In this document: positions 56,618-64,000 of the stretch, piece after piece
How positions within the stretch are numbered: position 1 is the stretch's first letter
How the letters are laid out: each line of letters begins with the position of its first letter
Virus record (IMG/VR): IMGVR_UViG_3300020576_007701
From: a virus
Lineage: Duplodnaviria > Caudoviricetes
Strand: one strand, 5' to 3'
Length of the DNA stretch: 64,000 nt
Made by a program: the position numbers and the translations under genes
Notes under the pieces: model-generated
What the model was told of the DNA's origin: nothing
Seen by the model: the letters and a program-made list of their open reading frames with translations, nothing else
Databases searched by the model: none

Positions 56618-57496
56618 ATGAAAGAATTTTTCCCAATAGAAACTCCATATTCTAGCGAAGAGTATAAAATAATGGATGCTGCTTGTAAAAACAGGAGCGC
56701 TTATCCATTAAGTCAATTTACTAAAAGTCCTCATTTTGTAAACAAATTTTTATGGAATATCAATATCAACGAACTTCCAACTTTATATTCAAAACTTGAA
56801 AAAATGTATGATGAAACTGGAAGCGAGGATGTTTTAAGTTGGTTAGAAGATATCCAAAGGACCGCCACAAAATATGAACCAGGACCAAAGGAGCCAGAAG
56901 AGTTAGATTATTCAATGAACGAAGAGGCTGCAGACGATGATATGACAGACGAAATGGAAGAATCTGTAGAACTTGAAGCAACTTATGCTCTTGAAGAAGT
57001 GGCACCAAATAATCCAAAATCAGCAGTTGAAAGATTTGTAGATATGATTTCTGGAGGCAATGATTTAGAAGAAAGTGGTTCTGAAAATCTTACAAACATT
57101 CATGGAACAAATTTAAAGCCATCAAACCTAGATGAGGTTACTGATACAGAAAGATATGAAGATGTTGTTTTTTTACAAGGCCACGAAGCTGATGAAGCTT
57201 TAGAAGTATTAAATACATTTGGTAGAGATGCAGCACTTAAATTTTTACAGCAATGGCACGATCCAGGTCATGGAATGGGTCGAAATGAAGAATCACAAAG
57301 CCCAAATGATAAAGTTTATAGAAAAGATGGCTATATCATGAGTTGGAATGCTCCTCTAAATTACATCGGCCTTCAATATGATACCGAAAGCGAAGTAAAC
57401 GAAGATAGCTTTATGGTGAGAAAAACAGCAGGGCAAAGAGGAAAAAGTGCTCCAATTGGAAAACACGCCCCTCACTCTCAAAGAGCAAAAAAATAA
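56618..57496 (+). CDS. acidic putative internal head protein
   Basis: TATTTAT at 56594-56600; many MNE/LEE/LDE/VNE sites. Confidence 0.5.
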   Translation: MKEFFPIETPYSSEEYKIMDAACKNRSAYPLSQFTKSPHFVNKFLWNININELPTLYSKLEKMYDETGSEDVLSWLEDIQRTATKYEPGPKEPEELDYSMNEEAADDDMTDEMEESVELEATYALEEVAPNNPKSAVERFVDMISGGNDLEESGSENLTNIHGTNLKPSNLDEVTDTERYEDVVFLQGHEADEALEVLNTFGRDAALKFLQQWHDPGHGMGRNEESQSPNDKVYRKDGYIMSWNAPLNYIGLQYDTESEVNEDSFMVRKTAGQRGKSAPIGKHAPHSQRAKK

Positions 57497-57499
57497 TTT

Positions 57500-59350
57500 T
57501 TAAACCGTTACAATAGTAACCGTATTATTCGCTTGGAGATACTGAATATCTCCGTCTGGACTTCCAGCATTTGCTGTCATTCTACTACTAGGAACAACAA
57601 GTGTGATCACTTTTCCAGTGATTCCAAGAAACACTCCATTGTCGGCCACAGAACTTCCAATAGATGTACAAGCACTTAAATTTATATAAGTCAAATTTCG
57701 ACAATTTTTAAACGCATGATTAGATACCGTTGTTGCACTTGGTAATGTTATTGATGCAAGTGAAACACAATTTGTGAAAGCAGACGTTCCAATGTTTGTA
57801 GCTCTATATAATCCTACATTAGTTAAAGCAGAACAATTATAAAAAATTCTACTTTGAACTGTGGTTGCAGAAGCTGTAACACCAGTTAGCGACCAACAAT
57901 CTTCAAATGCGTTATTTGAAGAAGTAAAAGTTGTTGCTCCGATATTTCCAATACCAATCAAAGATGTACACCCAGAAAAAACTGCACCTGCCACAAATCC
58001 ATTTAGCGATGGGAAATTCAAAAAAGTTAAACCTGTACAATTTCTAAACGAAGTTGTTCCTATACTTGTTAATGATGGCAACGACACATTCGTTAAACGC
58101 ACACAATTATCAAAGTCACTATTTATAGATATTACATTATTTAATGTAACACTTGTCAAAAATGTACAACGAGCAAAAGAACCTGTTGAAGTAGTAACAG
58201 AAGATAAATTCACACTTCTTAAATTAGTATAACCAGAAAAGGTATTTGTTAGTGCACGCCCATAACCAACGTTTAACAAACTATCATTAAGCGTTGGCGT
58301 AAACATAGATAAATTTATGTCAAATATATCACCAACAACAACAGCTTTTGGTATATTTAAACTCGTTAAACCTGAACATTGTGAAAAAATTTTAGTTCCA
58401 AGATATAAAACATCTGGTAAATCAACGGTTGTTAATGAATTACAATTAAGAAAATTATATCCAATACCACCAACGCTATTATATCCAAAATCTTCTGTGT
58501 TTGTAATTGTTACACTTGTAAGAGCAGAGCAGTTTAAAAAAGTATAATCTTCCATGGTTGTTGGGCCAACTATATTTACAGATTTTAAACTTGTATTATT
58601 TGAAAAACAAGCCTCTCCTATGGATATTAAATTTGGAAATGCACTAGATGTTAAAGTCGAACCAAATAAATTAGAACTCGTAAATGCTGATGTAGATGCG
58701 TCAGTTAAAGATGAAAATACCGTAGGAGTTGTTGTGTTAATTCCAGAAAAAGCAGTGGAACCTATTGTTGTAACGCCACCCAATTCAATATTTATCAAAG
58801 AGCTTTGCCCCTTAAAAGCATTATTTGGAATAGTTGTCAATCCAGGCAAACTAACACTTTTCACATCTCTCATGTTTAAAGTTGAACCTATAGATGTAAT
58901 AGCACTTAAATTATCATTAATACCAATCATGTTAGCTGGAAATGTTGTTGCGTTTAAATTTATTGCGCTTCCTCCAGTTAAATATAATCCATCGCCATCC
59001 ACATTTAAAGTGGTGAAAGGAGAACCATTTGTCGGTAGATTAAATAATGTATTCCACCCAGAAACAGTTGTGGCTGTGCTTGGCCAGCTTTGTTGAGGAA
59101 ATGAAAATATGGTTGCAGGTCCATAATTTGGACTTGGCCCATCCAAATCGACATCCTCAACCAAGTTTCTTGACAAAGAGGTGTTTGCTTTGCGCACCTT
59201 TAAGCCAAACAAATTTCTAAAAACCTGACTTTCAGATGTTAAATCATGAAGATTTATTGTCTGAAGAGGACCAATGTTTACTTTCTTAAGTTGACCATTT
59301 ACCTTATAGGCTATTTGTCTAATTACGCTATCGTTGTTAGTTACTAGCAT
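57500..59350 (-). CDS. BspA-type leucine-rich repeat (LRR_5) protein
   Basis: Many ~22 aa repeats of type IG..AF.NC..L..V.LP; TATTTAT at 59358-59364 (-). Confidence 0.85.
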   Translation of the reverse strand: MLVTNNDSVIRQIAYKVNGQLKKVNIGPLQTINLHDLTSESQVFRNLFGLKVRKANTSLSRNLVEDVDLDGPSPNYGPATIFSFPQQSWPSTATTVSGWNTLFNLPTNGSPFTTLNVDGDGLYLTGGSAINLNATTFPANMIGINDNLSAITSIGSTLNMRDVKSVSLPGLTTIPNNAFKGQSSLINIELGGVTTIGSTAFSGINTTTPTVFSSLTDASTSAFTSSNLFGSTLTSSAFPNLISIGEACFSNNTSLKSVNIVGPTTMEDYTFLNCSALTSVTITNTEDFGYNSVGGIGYNFLNCNSLTTVDLPDVLYLGTKIFSQCSGLTSLNIPKAVVVGDIFDINLSMFTPTLNDSLLNVGYGRALTNTFSGYTNLRSVNLSSVTTSTGSFARCTFLTSVTLNNVISINSDFDNCVRLTNVSLPSLTSIGTTSFRNCTGLTFLNFPSLNGFVAGAVFSGCTSLIGIGNIGATTFTSSNNAFEDCWSLTGVTASATTVQSRIFYNCSALTNVGLYRATNIGTSAFTNCVSLASITLPSATTVSNHAFKNCRNLTYINLSACTSIGSSVADNGVFLGITGKVITLVVPSSRMTANAGSPDGDIQYLQANNTVTIVTV

Positions 59351-59383
59351 TGCTTAAATAAATAGGTTTATAAAGTTGTTTTA

Positions 59384-59412
59384 TGCAACTTTTTTAAACA
59401 TTTTACGTATAA
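59384..59412 (+). promoter_or_regulatory. ECF-sigma-like promoter TGCAAC-N16-CGTATAA
   Basis: One mismatch to the motif at the other four sites. Confidence 0.55.
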
Positions 59413-59432
59413 CACATTAAAATACAACCTTT

Positions 59433-59810
59433 ATGTGGGATGAATTAATTATAAAAACAAGAAATGGTTTCCAAGAAACTGGGGTTACAACCATCAAAAC
59501 ATTTGAGATTCCTGGTGATCATAGCATTTCTGACAACGCCAGGTGTTTTAGAATAGATTTAGATAGCCCATTTGCTATAAGCATCACAATATTCAAAGAT
59601 ACCAAAGAGGGAATTCGATTAACAAAAATGATTGAAGAAAAAGAAACTCTGGAGTACATCGAAGATCAAATTGCAAGGTGGTATTTAAAAAGAGCCAACC
59701 CAAAAGATATCTGTGAAAAAATTAAAGGTATTTCAGAAGAAAAATTCAACGAAGGCAGAGAAAGCAAAGCTGCCGAGCTTAGATCTGTGTTGGGAGTATT
59801 AGAATATTAA
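59433..59810 (+). CDS. hypothetical protein
   Basis: 125 aa ORF. Confidence 0.6.
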   Translation: MWDELIIKTRNGFQETGVTTIKTFEIPGDHSISDNARCFRIDLDSPFAISITIFKDTKEGIRLTKMIEEKETLEYIEDQIARWYLKRANPKDICEKIKGISEEKFNEGRESKAAELRSVLGVLEY

Positions 59811-59812
59811 TC

Positions 59813-59941
59813 ATGGACAATAAAACAGCCAAAAAAATGGGCGAACTTAGAGGTCGCAAAAAAGATAAATCAGCCAAAAAATTATCAAAACGAAAAGTGA
59901 GATATTCTTCAAAAAAAGAAACATGTTTGATAAAAAACTAG
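59813..59941 (+). CDS. small very basic protein (42 aa, not in ORF track)
   Basis: MDNKTAKKMGELRGRKKDKSAKKLSKRKVR...; starts 2 nt after the upstream stop. Confidence 0.4.
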   Translation: MDNKTAKKMGELRGRKKDKSAKKLSKRKVRYSSKKETCLIKN

Positions 59942-60561
59942 CCGAAACCCATCTTAAAAAATTGCTCAAACATTATAAAATTCATGTGTATGAATGGAGC
60001 AAATCATCTTGTGGAGTCGCATATTATGATCAAAAAAGAATCAAAATACCACGCCCCACAAACACAGATAGATTTGGCGTTTGCATGCATGAGATAAAAC
60101 ACGTGATTGATGGCGTTGGGAAGTTTAGTTTTGAAGATGAATACAATTGTGATAAATACGCTTTAGAACAAATTCGCCTTCTTGGCTTTGGAGGTGAAGA
60201 AGAGTGGATATCAAGAATGAAATGGCATGTTCTTTCCAGAATTGCTATGGCCCACAACAGACGTTTGGACCACAAAAATATAAATGCTGAAATAAGAAAT
60301 TTTTTTAGTGATGTTGATTTTACCTTGTGGGAAAAAAATAAAATATTTGTTCGACGTGACAAAGAAGACCCACGTGGCTACAAAATACAAATTACAAAAA
60401 CTTTTACAAAAGAGGAATTGGGAAGGTTTTTAGACAACCGAGATCTCGTATTGGAAAACTCAGACATTTATGAGGGCTGGCTTGTTAGAGAAAGAGATAA
60501 AACATTTGGAGAGTATTTTCCCAGCTTATCCCATGTGGCAGATCATTATAATTATAGATAA
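59923..60561 (+). CDS. putative zincin metallopeptidase
   Basis: G.AYY....I.IP, MHEIKH, E..CD.YA. Confidence 0.6.
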   Translation: MFDKKLAETHLKKLLKHYKIHVYEWSKSSCGVAYYDQKRIKIPRPTNTDRFGVCMHEIKHVIDGVGKFSFEDEYNCDKYALEQIRLLGFGGEEEWISRMKWHVLSRIAMAHNRRLDHKNINAEIRNFFSDVDFTLWEKNKIFVRRDKEDPRGYKIQITKTFTKEELGRFLDNRDLVLENSDIYEGWLVRERDKTFGEYFPSLSHVADHYNYR

Positions 60562-60606
60562 TATTTTCTATTTATTTTTATAAATCATTATAATACATTT
60601 TTAAAG

Positions 60607-61305
60607 ATGAAAAAAGAAGTTTATACGCTTATAGGCCCAGCCGCAATCGGAAAAACCACATATATAAAAAATGCAGGTTTTCCAACAGAAAAATTAAAAG
60701 TAATTTCAAGGGACGACATTGTTTCTCAAATGTGCAAAAAATACAAATTAACCTGGGATGAGCTTTATCTTTTTCCGCCACATGATTCTAAAATAGGTGA
60801 CAGAATTCCAGGATTTGAAAAATATGGCACAGTGGTTGAATCCCCAGAATTGGTAATCCATCTTCACCCGTTTAGCTACGACTTTATAAATAAAATCAAT
60901 ATTGAAATCCATAATTCTTATTATTTTCAATTTGACTCAGCAATAAAAGAAGCTTCAATTGATTATGTTGTTCTAGATAGGGTCCACATGCGCAAGGAGG
61001 AACGCACCATCTATTTACCATATCTTGAGTCGGATAGAAAAAACTTCTTCCTCACAGCCGTCCTATTCAATTTTAAAGACGAAGATACTTTGGACATTAT
61101 TGAACAATCTTCTGAAATTAGAAAACAAAAAATGCTAGAAACATCTGGCTTTTTTAGAACGGTACCAAGAATAGTGCAAGAAAACATGATAAAGTTTTAT
61201 GAAGAGCCGACCTTAGAAGAAGGGTACGATTCTATAATTCACATAGATACACTTCCAGATCTTAGAAAATTCGTTGCAGAAAATTCTAAAAAAATAAACG
61301 CATAA
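60607..61305 (+). CDS. P-loop kinase, polynucleotide-kinase-like (AAA_33)
   Basis: LIGPAAIGKTT, ISRDDI, R....RTVP..V...M...YEEP..EEGYD. Confidence 0.65.
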   Translation: MKKEVYTLIGPAAIGKTTYIKNAGFPTEKLKVISRDDIVSQMCKKYKLTWDELYLFPPHDSKIGDRIPGFEKYGTVVESPELVIHLHPFSYDFINKINIEIHNSYYFQFDSAIKEASIDYVVLDRVHMRKEERTIYLPYLESDRKNFFLTAVLFNFKDEDTLDIIEQSSEIRKQKMLETSGFFRTVPRIVQENMIKFYEEPTLEEGYDSIIHIDTLPDLRKFVAENSKKINA

Positions 61306-61308
61306 TTT

Positions 61309-61337
61309 TGAAACCTTTTATTGTTTGTTTCGTATAA
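61309..61337 (+). promoter_or_regulatory. ECF-sigma-like promoter TGAAAC-N16-CGTATAA
   Basis: Exact motif 14 nt before ATG 61352. Confidence 0.65.
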
Positions 61338-61351
61338 AATAAGAAAAAACA

Positions 61352-62269
61352 ATGATTGATACAAAAAAACCTGTCCGTTTCTATGATGGCAAATTGCCAG
61401 TAAAAGATAGAGTTTATTTTACAATGGATTCTGTTTTAACAGAAAACGATCATGTGTGCACATGCAACATCAAAGGAGAACCAAAAACTTTTTTCTTATT
61501 CAATAAGATAAATAAAAATTGTCTTGACGCAGTTCGTAGAGGTTGGGTTGCAGAAAATTACGAAATCCCAAATTACCCAGAGCCAGAATTAAAATTCACA
61601 AATTCATTAACGCCTATTAATGTGGATTATGGAATTCTTGCTGAATGGCAAGGTGGAAATAAATCCTCACAAATTCAGGCTTGGGCGCAATTAAATGATC
61701 CTGCTAGAATTAGTAAAATCACAAAAGAAAAAAGAGGATTTTTTAAAAAAATATTAAATCACTATTCTTTAGAAAACATTGTTGTTGATAAAAATGATAA
61801 AAAAATTCCAGAACAACACCTCCCATACCTTCAAGAATATTGGAAACAATTTATTTTTATAAGAGATTCTTTTACAATTGTTGCACCGCCACTTAACCTT
61901 AGCAACTTCGTCCAATCAATAAATGTTGTGTCCACCATCGACGTGATTCAAGGCTACATCACCGTCCCTGTATATCACATCAAATTTGATGGCGATATGG
62001 AAATGATGATATACGGCGATTTTAACAATTGGTTTATTTCGGTTATTTCAAAAAATAAAATTGACATAAACCCAGAATTGCTTAACAACCCAGCTGATAA
62101 ACTTTTTTATGTAGATTGTCCAGGTTTTAAAGAAGAGTGGATTTTTGGCCCATACATAGAAAATAAAAATCAATTTACTGTGTGTGTAAATTATTCAGAA
62201 AATATACTTTTCACATTATTTTTTATGTTATATTTACAACTTAAAGCCAATCATGACAGACAGAATTAA
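61352..62269 (+). CDS. hypothetical protein
   Basis: 305 aa ORF. Confidence 0.6.
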   Translation: MIDTKKPVRFYDGKLPVKDRVYFTMDSVLTENDHVCTCNIKGEPKTFFLFNKINKNCLDAVRRGWVAENYEIPNYPEPELKFTNSLTPINVDYGILAEWQGGNKSSQIQAWAQLNDPARISKITKEKRGFFKKILNHYSLENIVVDKNDKKIPEQHLPYLQEYWKQFIFIRDSFTIVAPPLNLSNFVQSINVVSTIDVIQGYITVPVYHIKFDGDMEMMIYGDFNNWFISVISKNKIDINPELLNNPADKLFYVDCPGFKEEWIFGPYIENKNQFTVCVNYSENILFTLFFMLYLQLKANHDRQN

Positions 62270-62462
62270 AGGATTTACAATTGTCCTAGACAAAAACTAT
62301 AGAGACGACGACGTGGAAACAATTAAAAACGCCATCGAAATGATCAGAGGTGTTTCAAGTGTTGAACCAGTTGTTGCAAACATGGACGACTTCATTGTTG
62401 AACAGCGTGTAAAAAGTGAGTTAAGAGCTAAGTTTTATGAATTCTTAAAAAAAGAATTATAA
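62253..62462 (+). CDS. conserved-looking small phage protein
   Basis: MTDRIKGFTIVLDKNYRDDD...AIEMIRGV. Confidence 0.55.
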   Translation: MTDRIKGFTIVLDKNYRDDDVETIKNAIEMIRGVSSVEPVVANMDDFIVEQRVKSELRAKFYEFLKKEL

Positions 62463-62953
62463 TGGAACAAGCTGAAGAACCAAGATTAACAATAGAACAT
62501 TTTAAATCAGACACATTTAAGGGATTTTTTGTAGAGGTTATTAAAGATGCCACAAATTTTCACATTTCTTCAAGCAAAGAACTAAATTACACAGAAGTAG
62601 TTTTTGACGATCCAACAAATTATTGCATACATATTGATGCTCCAATGTTTGAAGGAGTTTACGAAATAAATGGGCGTATAATAAAAGAAGGCATCGAGTA
62701 TGTTGTTATTACCAAAACACATTTCCCTGGCGAAGAATTATCTTATGAAGAAAGAATTTATTGGTATCACAAATATTGCGTTTTAAATAGAAAAAAACTA
62801 GAAAACAAGCCAACTCTACAAGAGTTGTTAGAACAATATAAAGATCAAAAAGATATTGATTATCTTCCAATTATAGGCACCAAATTCGTTGAATATATTC
62901 CAAGATATGTACACGAGGATCGCATGAACAGAAATAGACCAAGAATAAAATAA
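62462..62953 (+). CDS. hypothetical protein
   Basis: 163 aa ORF. Confidence 0.55.
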   Translation: MEQAEEPRLTIEHFKSDTFKGFFVEVIKDATNFHISSSKELNYTEVVFDDPTNYCIHIDAPMFEGVYEINGRIIKEGIEYVVITKTHFPGEELSYEERIYWYHKYCVLNRKKLENKPTLQELLEQYKDQKDIDYLPIIGTKFVEYIPRYVHEDRMNRNRPRIK

Positions 62954-62971
62954 ACCCACGCTTTTCTCGCC

Positions 62972-62978
62972 TATTTAT
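62972..62978 (+). promoter_or_regulatory. putative late promoter TATTTAT
   Basis: 7 nt upstream of ATG 62986. Confidence 0.55.
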
Positions 62979-62985
62979 ATCTTAG

Positions 62986-64000
62986 ATGGACAGTCTAAGA
63001 AATATCATACGTCAAACGCTCAGCGAAGCTTTTAAAAGAAAACACTATACACGCTGGAAAACAATAGAAGAAGATGAAGAAATATTCGCTTCTGTTGAAC
63101 GTGACATTGCTACGAAAATAGCAGATAAACTCAATCTTAACAGACTGTCTTTTCTTGATAGTGGTACATCTGGTTTCGCATATCATATACCCAACAATAG
63201 GGTTCTTAAAATTACAAAAGATAAATCTGAAGTCGTAAACTCAAAAAAAATTCAAGGCAAATCAATGAAGCATCTTGCTAATATTTACGAGACCTACTCA
63301 CTTCAGGGCAAATACAATGGCACCTATGTTGTTATTTCAGAATTTCTTTCATATGACGAAAAAATAGAAGACGGTGAATATAAATTTGCCAGATTTTGTA
63401 AATCTGAATTACAAGCAACAGCACATCAAGTATTTACATATTACTACAAAGGACAATCAGGAGATGACTACATAGATCTTCTTATTGAAAAAATTAAACG
63501 AACACACGAACAAGAAGACTCAGAGCTTATAGTTTGGTACTTAAAACAAATGTGTGGAATAATAAAAGATCTAAAAAACAACGATATTATTACTCAAGAT
63601 TGGGGAGCTCAAAATCTCGGCCTTAAACGCAATGGTAATATTGCCATGTTTGATCTTGGATATGGTGAAAATAAAAAAGTCCACACAAATCAACTTCAAA
63701 TCAACGAAGAAGCCGAAAATATGACCCGTATGGATTACCCAGACTTCCTGGATACACAATATAACCCAAACATGGAAAACTCTCCATACCCTCCAATGAC
63801 AAACCCAAACAGGGCTCCAATGAGAGAAGTACAATTATCCCCAGAGGAAGTAAACAAAAAAAATCTTCCTTTGCAATACCATAATCTTTGGAGTGAATTC
63901 TTACAAGCAAATCAAGCTGCGCTTGGCGACATACTTCCAACTCTTAGAAGACAATACTCTAACCTGGAAACACTTCAAACAGTAAAAGATGTTGAAAAAG
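62986..64000 (+). CDS. protein-kinase-like fold protein with putative capsid-targeting leader (runs off the window end; not in ORF track)
   Basis: Translated by hand: MDSLRNIIRQTLSEAF..., Gly loop LDSGTSGFAY, VLKIT...E, catalytic QDWGAQN, FDLG; no stop to 64000. Confidence 0.7.
   Translation, partial: MDSLRNIIRQTLSEAFKRKHYTRWKTIEEDEEIFASVERDIATKIADKLNLNRLSFLDSGTSGFAYHIPNNRVLKITKDKSEVVNSKKIQGKSMKHLANIYETYSLQGKYNGTYVVISEFLSYDEKIEDGEYKFARFCKSELQATAHQVFTYYYKGQSGDDYIDLLIEKIKRTHEQEDSELIVWYLKQMCGIIKDLKNNDIITQDWGAQNLGLKRNGNIAMFDLGYGENKKVHTNQLQINEEAENMTRMDYPDFLDTQYNPNMENSPYPPMTNPNRAPMREVQLSPEEVNKKNLPLQYHNLWSEFLQANQAALGDILPTLRRQYSNLETLQTVKDVEK

Noticed and set aside
57861-59096. Three + strand ORFs
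   Set aside because: Antisense shadows of the LRR gene
57500-59350. Diversity-generating retroelement target
   Set aside because: No reverse transcriptase and no near-identical template/variable repeat pair seen in the window
62995-63940. Three short minus-strand ORFs
   Set aside because: They lie opposite the long open + strand kinase-like frame starting at 62986
1-64000. Stop-codon reassignment as in some large phages
   Set aside because: Known enzymes are full length in the standard code, coding density is high, and TAG (2421, 4451) and TGA (6788) end genes at sensible positions
1-64000. tRNA or structured ncRNA genes
   Set aside because: Intergenic gaps are short and AT-rich and no cloverleaf was recognised by eye; a tRNAscan/Infernal run would be needed to exclude them formally

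Overview
AT-rich, gene-dense segment of a large (jumbo/huge) tailed dsDNA phage using the standard genetic code. The host is probably Bacteroidota: TAnnTTTG sigmaA-type promoters and A-rich, Shine-Dalgarno-less starts. It holds the end of a structural block, a replication/recombination block (RuvC-like resolvase, primase, fused SbcD-SbcC, Cas4/RecB-like nuclease, SNF2 helicase), an amidase endolysin, nucleotide genes (MazG, thyA, dNMP kinase, adk), translation and tRNA genes (infC, def, CCA-adding enzyme, cyclic-phosphate receiver) and four free-standing homing endonucleases. Three promoter classes are readable: host sigmaA-like, an ECF-like TGAAAC-N16-CGTATAA, and a putative late TATTTAT motif. 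Highlights: (1) a compact pncB-thioesterase-nudF-nadD-nadE operon, i.e. a deamidated Preiss-Handler NAD+ route that differs from the described phage NARP1/NARP2 pathways; (2) a dispersed set of TATTTAT-driven genes whose products share short amphipathic leaders ending in [IL]-x-E, several fused to enzymes (kinase, GNAT, CCA enzyme, NTase/2H/peptidase, ART, WYL), suggesting a capsid-loading tag for injected cargo; (3) a homing endonuclease inserted into the first codons of sbcD that supplies a recoded replacement start. All family assignments come from motifs recognised by eye, with no database searches. No tRNA, rRNA or CRISPR array was recognised.
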